DNA from: Squalus acanthias
Lineage: Eukaryota
Direction: 5' to 3'
Length of the DNA: 64,000 bases
Assembly: GCA_030390025.1 (NCBI GenBank)
Contig: CM059434.1
Span: forward strand, 85,126,001-85,190,000
The notes beneath the pieces are model-generated. The model was given only the letters and a program-made list of their open reading frames with translations, was not told the DNA's origin and made no database searches. Position numbers and translations under genes: made by a program. Below are positions 27,701-39,700 of the stretch, in pieces; within the stretch, counting starts at the first letter, position 1; each line of letters opens with the position of its first letter.

Positions 27701-30700
27701 GCCACTTTACCGCCTTGTTTCCACCGAGCGGAGGGGGTGAAAATCGGGACCGTGCTGACCCTGATTTAGAAAGGAGAAGCTGGTATCTATACACTTACCA
27801 GTACAACTGATGTGCTACTCGAATACTCCTGATTGAACGCTCAAGTAAGAATTCCACAAGAGGGCTGTTAAGATGCCATTCAAACTTTACTGCCTGTTGA
27901 AAGTAGAACAGACTTTTAAAAGTAGATCGTTGCATTCTAGGCAATTTACCCGTCTACAATTCCAATTTCACTCACTAACAGAACCCAATGTTAATAAATG
28001 TTATTATTCTTTTCATAAATCTCTGAGATCATGATTAGCAATTTATATGTCAACCCATGAGTGAGATTTATGATCAAGGCACAGGGCCAAAGGGAAGGCT
28101 CCGTGTGTGTTTGACATATTTGTTCTGTCAGTCACTCAAGTACAGCAACTCAGAGTTTGTCAAAGGCACCCTACACCCTCTTTAAAATGTCAAACAGAGG
28201 TGCCCAAAAATCAGACCTTCATCTGTTATTAAAAACTATCTAGGGTGAAATGCTGAAATGGCATAATGGAGCTACACCTCAGGGGCACAAACTGCCAGTG
28301 TCCATTCACATGCCCGTCAGTATAAAGTGACAGCAAGGCTTCCAACTTATATCCGAGATTCATTCTTCCTGCTATTGCCATGTCCCTTCCCCCACCCTCC
28401 CCAAGTCAAGATCGTATGTGATGATGAATTATAATGTGCAGTGCAGGCATTTATTAATCTGTACCTTTGTGTAAACAGGGACCAATATTAGCACAAGGTT
28501 AAGATTACCAGTGACCAATGTCAATGTGCATCCAGAGGTTAGTAAGTTTTTAATAAGCAGCTCATCGGGGATTACAGATACAGACAGTCAACAAATTAAA
28601 AATGTCAAACCTGCAAATGCCACACTGGAGACATATTGTATTACAATATTGAAGGGTGGTATTATTATTGAACATTCCAGTGCTACTAGATGATCTACTG
28701 TCACACTTGAAGGTATGATTTGGTTATGAATGCTAGCTTGTTTTTGACTCTGCTTCAATAACCATTGACTTGATGTTGAGCTGCTGAATACAGAACAGTG
28801 AAGGGCTGAATGACATTCAAGACTGCAAATCCGAGTCATTTCTTACTCACAGGTCCAGTAGTCCCATATTAAGGAGCTTTACTATCAATAATTCAACGTG
28901 CATGTGACATAAAATATGATAAAAGAAAGTTTTATTTTGCTTTTGGTCAGTTTATTTTTCAACTGGGTTTCTGCAGACATGGAAGATATTTTGAATACCA
29001 GCGGAGCCTTTGAGTGAAGTATCTCCCCAGTTTACTATGCCGCAATAACAGCAACTTGCATTTATATAGCGCCTTTAATGTAGTAAAACGTCCCAAGGCA
29101 CTCCGCAGGAGTGTAGTCAGACAAAAATTGACACCGGGTCACTTAAGTTGATATTAGGACAGGTGACTAAAAGCTTGGTCAAAGAGGTGGGTTTTAAGGA
29201 GGGTATTAAAGGAGGAGAGAGAGGTAGAGGTGCAGAGGTTTGGGAAAGAAATTCCAGAGCTTAGGGCCTAGGCAGCTTAAGGCACAGCCGCCTATAGTGG
29301 AGCATTAGAAATTGGGGATGCGCAAGAGGCCAGAATTGGAGGAGCATAGAGATCTCAGAGGGTTGTAGGGCTGCAGGATGTTACAGAGATAGGGAGGGGG
29401 CGAGCTCATGGAGGGATTTGAAAACAAGGATGTGAATTTTAAAATCGAGACTTTGCTGGACTGGGAGCCAATATAGGTCAGCAAGTACAGGAGTGATGGG
29501 TGAACGGGATTTGATGCTAGTTAAGATAAAGGCAGCAGGGTTTGGGATGAGCTGAAGTTTATGGAGGCTGATTCCTGCTCTTTGATATCATACTCAAATG
29601 TGTGATCTTAGCCAGTGAGGCTATTTGACAGTGGAGGGCATTGCAGCCCCATCCCTGTCTCCAGCCCAGGTCCAGACACACACGCACTTCCTAGAAGAGC
29701 TCACTGAATACAGATCAGCAGCATGAACCTTGGTTCATTTCCTCCCTTCTTACCCTATGTGGTTCAGTGGGTAGCACACTCGCCTCTGAGTCAGAAGGTT
29801 GTGGGTTCAAGTCTCACTCCAGGGAATTGAGCACAAAAAGCTAGGCTGACAGTCCAGTGCAGTGTTGAGGGAGTGCTGCATTGTCGGAGCTGCCATCTTT
29901 TGGATAAGACGTTAAACCCCCGTCTGCTCTCTCAGGTGGACGTAAAAGATCCCATGGCACTATTTCGAAGAAGAGCAGGGGGAGTTATCCCCAGTGTCCC
30001 GGCCAATATTTATCCCTCAATCAACATAACAAACACAGATTATCTGGTCATTATCACATTGCTGTTTGTGAGAGCTTGCTGTGCACAAATTGGCTGCCAC
30101 GTTTCCCACATTACAACAATAACTACACTCCAAAAAAAGTACTTCATTGGTTGTAAAGCGCTTTGAGACGTCCAGTGGTCGTGAAAGGTGCTATAAAAAT
30201 GCAAGCCTCTCTTTCTTTTACCCTGGGACATAGAGGTCAATGGCACTGGCCAGACTGCCATCCCACTGCGGTCAGCTAACTCAGCACAGATCAGGGATCG
30301 TAACTGGAGCCTTCCTGTGCAGTATGTCTCAGTAACACCCCATGGGGTTTGACTAATCAAGCCAATAGGAGAATTCACAGCTATAGTCTTAGTTGAGTTA
30401 CCTTTGCCATTTTTATTGTGCATTTTGCATTTCCAGGCCACCGTAGCAGAGCCACAACGTCACACAATTACAACTCTCCCACTACAACAGTAGCTCTATT
30501 AAGTTGGCAGAATAGCCAAAAACTTTTTTTTTTTTTTAAAGACAAGCTTCACTTTGCAAGTCCCTGGAGGGTATAATAGTGAGGCTTGGCTGCAACCCTG
30601 TTGTATAATGCAGTACTTTATCAAAGCCTATTTACCTGAACTAACTGTGGCAGATAATCTAACAACTCATCATCCAGAATGGTTCCAATCTGTTGGACTG

Positions 30701-33700
30701 CAGCCTGACGAAGCTCTTGATCCGAAAAACTTATCAAGTGGAAAACAAAAGATACAAAATGAAAGAGAGTGAGTGAACTTACTTTAACCCCTTGGTACAC
30801 AAGTCACAGCTGAACGATATTACACTAAAGCCAAACCCAATTTTACCAGTAACTGAATTTTGAAAAAAAAATTAACAAACATGTTTACTCTCGAAACAAA
30901 GTTGATCCATCCAATTCAGGCACTTAGCTTGGAAGCCTCTTTAGAGCCAGATTCTCATTTTTTTTTAAAAAAGGGATTAGCTGCCTCTTTTCCTAAATTG
31001 TAAAACGACTCGCTACTAAAATGACGGGTGCAAAGGATTTTGCTATGGCGATTTAGTGCAACACGATTTCATTAGTTGGAATGACTGAGACCCAGTCAAT
31101 CATCATACACATCCAATGATGATCCTTTAACACCTCTGAAGTAACTAACGCGCCACTAAGGCGATGACAAAAAAAGCTCATTAATCTAGCTGTGCCATTT
31201 GCAAAACCACTGAGTATTGGCTTAGTGGCAAACTTGTAAAGCCAGGCTTTTGTTGAGCGCGTGATGGAGAAATTGGATGATCTGTTTTGCCCAGGGAGGG
31301 TGACCCTTAAACCTGTTTAACTGATTTAGACAGTGAGAAGTTAGAAGTAAGCTGCGTGGAAATTTAACATAGATCACGTGAGCTGCAGAAGCGTATTAAA
31401 GAAATTTCACTGCTTGAGAACGAAAACCAAGATTAAGCAAGAATATCACTGTAAAATAGCAGCATAGGACACATATGGAGATGGCATTCAGTGGCAGTTG
31501 TTAAAGATATAAACATGCAAGAAAAATGCTGCTTTCGCACAAAAGATCAAGAAGGATGTAACAAGGAACCAGAAATAGCAGGCTAATGCAAATAACATTG
31601 CACATGTCATGATAGCAATGGGAAAATACTGCAGGATGGAATTCCCATGAGGAATATCATCGTCCTCATTCACACTCTTCATACATTTGTGGAATTAATG
31701 GGGTGGGAGGCTCTCAATAGTATCGGGAGGTTGCAGGTCTGCACAGACATAGGAACAGGAGTAGGCCATTCAGCCCCTTGAGCCTGCTCCGCCATTCAAT
31801 TAGATCATGGCCCAACTGTACCTCAACTAAATTTACCCGCCTAAGCTCCACATCCCTTCATATGCTTACTTAAGAAAAATCTATTGATCGCAGTCTTGCA
31901 AGCTCCCATTTTCCCAGCATCCACAGCCTTTTGGGGGAGAGAATTCCAGATTTCTACTACCCTTTGTATGAAGAAGTTCTTCCTGATTTCCCTCCTAAAT
32001 GGCCAAGCTTTAATTTTAAAATGATGTCCCCTCATTCTTGATTCCCTTACCAGAGGAAATAGTTTCTCTGTATCTACCCTATTGAATCCTTTGAACATTT
32101 TAAACACCTCAATTAGATCACCCCTCAACCTTCTATACTCAAGGGAATACAGACCAACTATTATGTATCACCTTCATCACATATTCACTTATTTGTACCA
32201 TATGTTGCATCAATGTGTACACTGATTGTGCACAAGTGCTTGATAGATCATATAATGAAAATATAATACCCAATGGATATGTGTGAATCATAGAATGGTT
32301 ACAGCACAGTAGGAGGCCATTCGGCCTGTCGAGCCCGTGCCGGCTCTCTGCAAGAGCACTTCAGCTAGTCCCACACTCCCACCCTTTCTCCGTAGCCCTG
32401 CAATTTCTTTTCTTTCAGGTACTTATCTAATTCCTTTTTGAAAGCCACAATTGAATCTGCCTCCACCACCCTTTCAGGTAGTGCATTCCAGATCATAACC
32501 ACTCACTGCGTAATTTTTTTTTTGCTCATGTCGCCTTTGGACCTTCTGCCAATCACCTTAAATCTGTGTCCTCTGGTTCTCGACCCTTCCGCCAATGAGA
32601 ACAGTTTCTCTCAATCTACTCTGTCTTATAGACTTGTATGTCCCATCTGCTCTCCTAACAGAACAAGTATCAAACAGCTTTCTGCATACAGCCAGAAAGG
32701 AACAGTCACTGGAGCACCAATGGCACTTGCAGTAAGCACCCAATGAAGATACATTGTGACAAATGATTTGGATGAGAAAGTCCAGGGTAATTGGGGGTGA
32801 AGGGGTAGCAAAAGATGACTGGGGGTGAAGGGTCAGCATTTGGAGGGGAGATGCCCGTCATCCCTGAGGAATACAAATCTTAGGGGGACTATTTTCAAAC
32901 CGAGGAAATACAACATGAAAGAGCCACGCTGAGCAGTTCACTTGCCTCCATATACATGGCGGTACAAGGTGGTATGGTTAGGTTGGACAAAGAGTCATTC
33001 ACACTAGCATCTGCCATTTTGCAAGGAGCAAAACCAGTGGTAATTGTGGGTGTGATCTTAGTAATGTAGGCCGTGGCATCTCACAAATGCTTCCACTGTC
33101 GCTATGCATGTTTTGGGATCCAGAATCCAAGGAGTAATCCAGGCAGGCTTCAACTCATTTGTAGAATGTGTTACAAATAGCCATAAGGGTGGTATTCAAA
33201 GATCTTCTCGATGCCCAGCATTCTGAGAGAGCACAGACGAATGGGGATCATGAGATGTCATCTTCTAGCAGTGGCATGCGTGGAGAAGCAGCTGGTTACC
33301 ACTTGTGTCAGCAACCTCTGAAAGCAATGAGCCCACAGTGATGCCAGCAAAGGAGACTCTTGCCACTGATGCAGGTACATCAGGATTAGTTGTTCACAAA
33401 GGAAGCAGACTTTCCACATCCCACGGCTACTCCCTCAGCTAGGGACGCACTGAGAACTAGGGCACATACACAGGGCGCACTCAGAACTTTACAAGTCAGA
33501 ATGAGTGAATACAAGAGAAAGCCATCGAACGTGCCCATCACATGCACTTAACACATTTTATTATTAGTATAGCTTGCAGTCTGCCACCCTTTTATTGTGC
33601 AGAACAGAAAGTGTAAGTTGTCCCAAGTAAAGCCAACTGAAATGATGCCGTCTTTAGCAAAAGCTAAACAAGTAAAAGATCTGCAGTTCTGTGGTTATAA

Positions 33701-36700
33701 ATATATCCAATAGAAATTAATAGTGGCCAATTGCATACGACCCCCTCAGGCACCTGCCTCCTGGGCTACAGTGGCTGGTGAGTGTACCATTGGCTTATTG
33801 ATAACCATTGAATTGTCAATAGGGCACTGAGTGACTACATACCACCAAAGACGTTGTTATATGTTGGCATTTGATAGCTGCCTCTGTTGTTGCTGGTTCC
33901 CTTTGAAGTATAAGTGAGTGTGGGGTATAAGAGCGCTTCAGATACCTCCTTAAATGAAGGAGTGAGTGAGAAAGTATTTGATTCTCGTGGGGGGTTAAAA
34001 GGGCACTGTTCCATTCAAGTGGTGCTGTTCACGGTTACTGGTAGCGCAGTGTGGATGGCTGATTGTCCCCGAGGTCTTTGTGGCCTAGATGGCACACCCC
34101 AATCACAGCCTCCTGACTGTGCCTGAACCTCACCATGCACCAACTCTCTTTCATGCCAAGAGTTTATGATTTGATTGCTGTACATTGGTCGTCTGGCACA
34201 TTGTTTGCTCTCTGCATCCTCGAGCCACCATCCCTTCCTTCACTCAGATACCCCTCAATGGCTGCTGTTCCCATGTTGTGGGGATGAAAACTCCTCTGTG
34301 TTATTCCCTTCTGTCATTGCTGTGGTGGTACTTCTGAATTTGGCCCTTCATTCAGCTGACTAAAGCCAGGTTTGAGCTGGAATTCAGTACTCGCATTCTG
34401 TTTGTTTCTTTCTGTGTAATTCTGCACAAGTTTCTCTTGATCAGCAATTAAGAAAGCCGCAGCCGAGAGCAATAAAAATTATTTTCCCTGCTAATTTTCA
34501 AGAACAGGCTTGTGGCACAAATTAATAAATAGCTTTTCTACACTTCTGTCAAAATCATTGCATTGAGCAAAATATGGCCCTTACATTGCAAAAGCAATTC
34601 ATTTAGAGATTTATTTTGCAAGACTTTGGCAATAATATAAACACCTCGAGGCCATACTGTATTCATTGAAATTTTTTTGCCTCATTTTATCATTCTCCAA
34701 AACAATTTTTTCCCCTCATTTCAAAGACAAGTCCTCGCATCTCTCATCAAGAGCCAATGCCAGTTCCTCCCTCCTCCACATTACATCCTAGCAGCTGGCA
34801 AGAGCCAGACCCATTGAAGCAGGTGGTTTTGGTGGCAATGAGCCCTGTACGAAATGAATTAGGCCATGTCTGCCAAGTGCTGAACCCAACCTGTTTGACA
34901 TTATTTAGTGCGATTACAAATCCATTTGCTAAGCCAGTTTTTTTTCCCCCAAATTGGAGACAACAGGAGTGCAGAGTCGGGAACAGGCCTTGCCGGCAGA
35001 ACATTGTCTCAAATTGATTAGCCTGTGGTGACTGGCTTCTTATACTTCCATTGACGGGAATGTTGAAAGATGGTAATAGTTTATCTTGTAATCATAGGGC
35101 TGTGAGGCTGCCTATCAAAACCTCCTCCCACTACACACACTCTGGTGTCTGTAACTGCTGGTAACAGTATATTATCCTGTCAAAAACAGTTTAGAAATTC
35201 ATGAAAATAAAAACTCCACAGCAGCGTGGTGCAAGCTTTTTGTCTTCATGGCTTGCCAAAGTGTGTATTGTGTTAAATTAAATTAAAAGGGTTAAATTAT
35301 AAGGACAGGTTGCATAGACGAGGCTTGTATTCCCTTGAGTATAGAAAATGAAAGGGTGAACTAATTGAGGTGTTTAAGATGATTAAAGGGCTTGATAGGG
35401 TAGATAGAGAGAAACTATTTCCTCTGGTGAGGGATTCCAAAACAAGGGGACAGAACCTTAAAATTAGAGCTGGGGTGATGTCAGGAAGCACTTCTTCACA
35501 CAAAAGGTAATGGAAATCTGAAAAAGCTGTTGAGGCTGGGGGTCAATTGAAAGTTTCAAAACTGAGACGGATATATTTTTGTTAGGCAAGGGTTTTAAGG
35601 GATATGGAACCAAGGCCGGTAGATGGACTTAAAATATAGATCAGCCATGATCGAATTGAATGGTGGAACAGGCTCAAGGGGCTGAATGGCCTCCTCCTGT
35701 TCCTACATTCCTATAGAGTCTCAGGGCCCACATGTAAAGTTTAAATCAAAGTACCCGTCAATTTACAAGCATCTCCAGTTGCTGATATGTACAGATCGTG
35801 GTGCTCTGATTTAGGATTTATCCCCCATTGAGGCAATAGCCCTTTCCAAGCCTAGAAGCTTGCAAAACTCAAACAGGACAAATCAACAAGTACGAAACAA
35901 ATAAGCATAAATAGGTCGGAGTTATGGGGTTTCACGGGCCGGTTCCAGAAGGCTCGTGACCCGAGGGCTGCAGATTGGACAGCCCTGATCTATAGACTCT
36001 GCTTAATAACTTACCACACAGCTATGTTTAACTCAGACTCAAAACACTTTGTTCAATAAAAACAAACTGGCAAAGGCAATTAATAATAAAAAAATCCATT
36101 TATAGAAATTATTAGTACACAGAAATGTATAAAACACTAAATCCATATTTAGTCCTTTCAATCCCAGAGAGGTGAATGTGACAAAAATCACTAAAACACC
36201 TTCTTCCGTGAGTCACTGACGATTTCTGAAGTTCGGCACCCAAATGATCTAACCCGGGTGTCTGATTCTTCTGAAATGTTTGCGTTAGGGGAATGAAACT
36301 GTCGCACTTAGTGTCAGGTCACTCAGAGTACACCAGATGCATAGTATTGCTTCATCTACTTCTGAACCCTAACTTCATCATAACACTGCACCAATATGAC
36401 ACTTCCATTTACTACGCCAGCTATCCTTGTGCTCCCTCTGACTGAGTTGTGTGATTAAGGGCAGTTTTATGCTGTTGAATCATGCCCACTAGCCTTGGCA
36501 TTACACAAACACATTTTTCATGACAGAGAAAATAGACTACTATCCCGTCAGTTTGTATCTAGATCCAAGAGGTGGAAAGACGGTAATATAACTCACTGTA
36601 TCTCCTACTCCCAGTACCGAGTGAGTATTAGGTAAAATAAATGCAGTACTACAAGACTATGTTATCCCAAGCATGAAACTGATTAAAGATAGTCTATGAC

Positions 36701-39700
36701 AGCCATTTTTAAAAATAAAGACAAATAGTTCCATAACATTTTTAGATAAGGAGGAGGAAAATCACTGGGAGATAAGTCAGACTCCTACCTTGAAAGCAAT
36801 AATCCCAGTGACTCTAAAGGGTTTGCTGAAAAGCTCCACCTCCTGAGCACTGCGTAGATTTCAGGCAGAGAACCCAAGTCCCAGCTGGGCGCACTGCCCA
36901 GCAAGAGGGGAAGGAAGCAGTTTGAGCTGTTACAGAATGAACGTTTTGTCCAGAGCAAGTTTTTCTCTTCTTCTTCAATCCTGCAAAAACCAATAGAACA
37001 GCAGTGAAAATGTTGTGACATCAATGCTCAGATCCCTACAAGTGTCAGTGAATTATACCGGCACTCCAGAATTGGAACATTATTCCACTGAGTGAAAACA
37101 TCAAGCCAGACATTGACACAAGTCAAAACTTTCTCTGACAACGTAACTCAGCCCTAATCTGAGGCCAATCTTTCTGTACAAGCAGTCACCTATCTTTTAT
37201 ATTCTCATACTCCTAATCCCCATCACCTCCGACATGAGAATTGACAAATCAATGTCAATTAATATCATTTGGGTGACCGCTTTGCAGAACACCTCCGTTC
37301 AGTCCGTAAGGGGGACCCCGAGCTGCCGGTCGCCTGTCACTTTAATTCACCGCTCCACTCCCACTCAGACCTCACCGTCCTCGGCCTCTTGCATTGTTCC
37401 ACGGAAGCTCAGCGTAAGCTCGAGGAACAGCACCTCATCTTTCGATTAGGCACTTTACAGACTTCTGGACTCAACATAGAGTTCAACAATTTCAGATCAT
37501 AACCTCGGCCCCTATCATACATATATTTTTTATCCACACTTTTTGTTTGTGCCTTCTGTTCTTCTCTCCCACATGGCAGCTGTCTTTCATTCTGCCAGCG
37601 CAATTTACACTTCATCTAGAGCCATCCTTTGTTTCTTAACCTGTCCCATTACCATCTCCTTTTGCCTTGAATATCTCTTAACCTCTTCCGCCTTCTATCC
37701 TATCACAGACCTTACCTTTTGTTCTTTTATCCCCTCCCCCATTTCCCAGCCCCTACACTTGTTTAAAAATCTGTTCCATTTCCTGCTTTTTTCCAGTTCT
37801 GACGAAAGGTCATCGACCTGAAACGTTAACTCTGTTTCTCTCTTCACAGATGCTGCCTGACCTGCTGAGTATCTCCAGCATTTTCTGTTTTTATTTCAGA
37901 TTTCCAGCATCTGCAGTATTTTCTTTTTGTTTCAATTAATATCAAATTGATAGAGCACTTTTGTTTGAGGTATCCTCTGGAAATTTGATCAAATTGTTTG
38001 GCAGAGGACGTGAGCACTGCCTTTTAATAGCATGAGAAAGTGAGAGGAGTTGAATTTAAACCCAGATCGGAGAGATAAATAGTGTTCTAAAACACGGCGC
38101 TGGACAGGGCTATACAAAGAGGGGCGGTTTCATTAATCTTAGAACACAATATTGACTCAAAAACAGTACATAATACCTCAAATATTTAAATATATTAAAA
38201 TAAAATTCAAAGTACCTAATCACTCAGTGAATAAATGTACTGGGTCTTATAGGTCAGGATGGCCCCAAGTTTAATCTGTATTCTGCACTCTGATCTCAGC
38301 CAGGTTAGCAAAGATGGGACAATACCTGGCCTCAACACCATGGCTCCCTTGCTGGAGTTTCTAACCTGTATCCCAGGGTACTGAGGCTACTTCTACTGCC
38401 CCAATTCTCACTGCGACTGATCAGCCAATTCAAGACAAATCAGGATCAAATCTGGGATCCCTCTGGTCTGTATGCCTCAGTTCCACAACATGCAGTAAAT
38501 TGATCAACGGAGCTATTGGGGCCAGCTGCTTTCTGTTAGCTCTTTCCACGGGTATATCGATCTTTGTGTAACAGGTTCTGCCCGACTTCCCTTCTTACCC
38601 CTAACTTGATCATTTTTAAACTTGTTTATTCTGTATTTGAACCCTTCACCACAGTGAACAATTATCAGGATCAGCTTGGTCAAACCGTGGACATCAGAGA
38701 AATGAATTGGTGCGCAAGTCAACAAGCTCGTTATCAGATGCAGAAATCTAGGGCGCGATCTTGCCAGCCCTGGGGAGGAGGGTATGGAGGCAGGACTGCC
38801 AGGAAAATGGCAGAATCTGGGGGCGGGTGCCCATCCCGCCCCCAACCCGCCTCCATGCCATCTTCCCAGGAGGCGGGTAGCTGACCCACGCCAGGTCCCG
38901 TCTCCTGGAGGTGGGAAGGGGATTACAGCCACTTAACTGCCTGTTAAGAGGATTATCCCCATTTTTCCAGGAGAGGCGCAGGCTTCCTGACGTCTGGAAA
39001 CCCCGCCAGGGTCACCGAGGCGAGCAGTGGGTCTGCGGGGTGCAAAAGTGCGCTGTGAAGGTAAATGATGGGTGCAAGTGTGGAGAGAGGTAAGTATGTG
39101 AGGTGAGTGGAAAGTGTTAGAAAATGTTTACTTACCTTTGTTTCTTCCTGCAAGCTTCAACAGTTGGGGATGCGGAGAGTCTCGCATCTCACCAGCAGAG
39201 ATGACAGATGGCTGCTGCATTCTCCGATGCAACAACCATCTAATTTTTGCTGAAGAAAGGTTTGATGAGTCTTGAATACAAGGACTCATCAAACAACAGG
39301 GAATGTCAGTGTTTGACAGCTTCACAGAGCTGTCAAACGATGACAATTCATCTGCCAAAAATTTGACAGACAAAACGTCATTCGCTGACGCTCTCTGTAA
39401 CCGGCTTCCCCTTAATTGGCCTGCTAAGCTTGCTGGGCAGGCTTAACAAGGTCAATCAAGGGAAAATAGCATGGGTTGGCCATAAGTCGATGGAGGTGGG
39501 ACAACGACCCGAGAAGCAGCAGTCCCGCCTCCAACGCGCCCCCATTGGCAAAATCGCCCCCTTAGTGTCTGCATGATGGATCAGTGGCAACCAAATAGAA
39601 AACGTTACAGTCGCCAATCGACTGTTTGATTTATTTTAACTCTCATCCATGTGCAATTGTGTGGCTGGCATTGTGGACAAGGTTAATAGCCCAGCTGTAG

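Noticed and set aside
32630-34400. Possible decayed coding or transposon sequence
   Set aside because: The composition is suggestive, but I could not identify any motif, terminus or second copy, so it is left unannotated.
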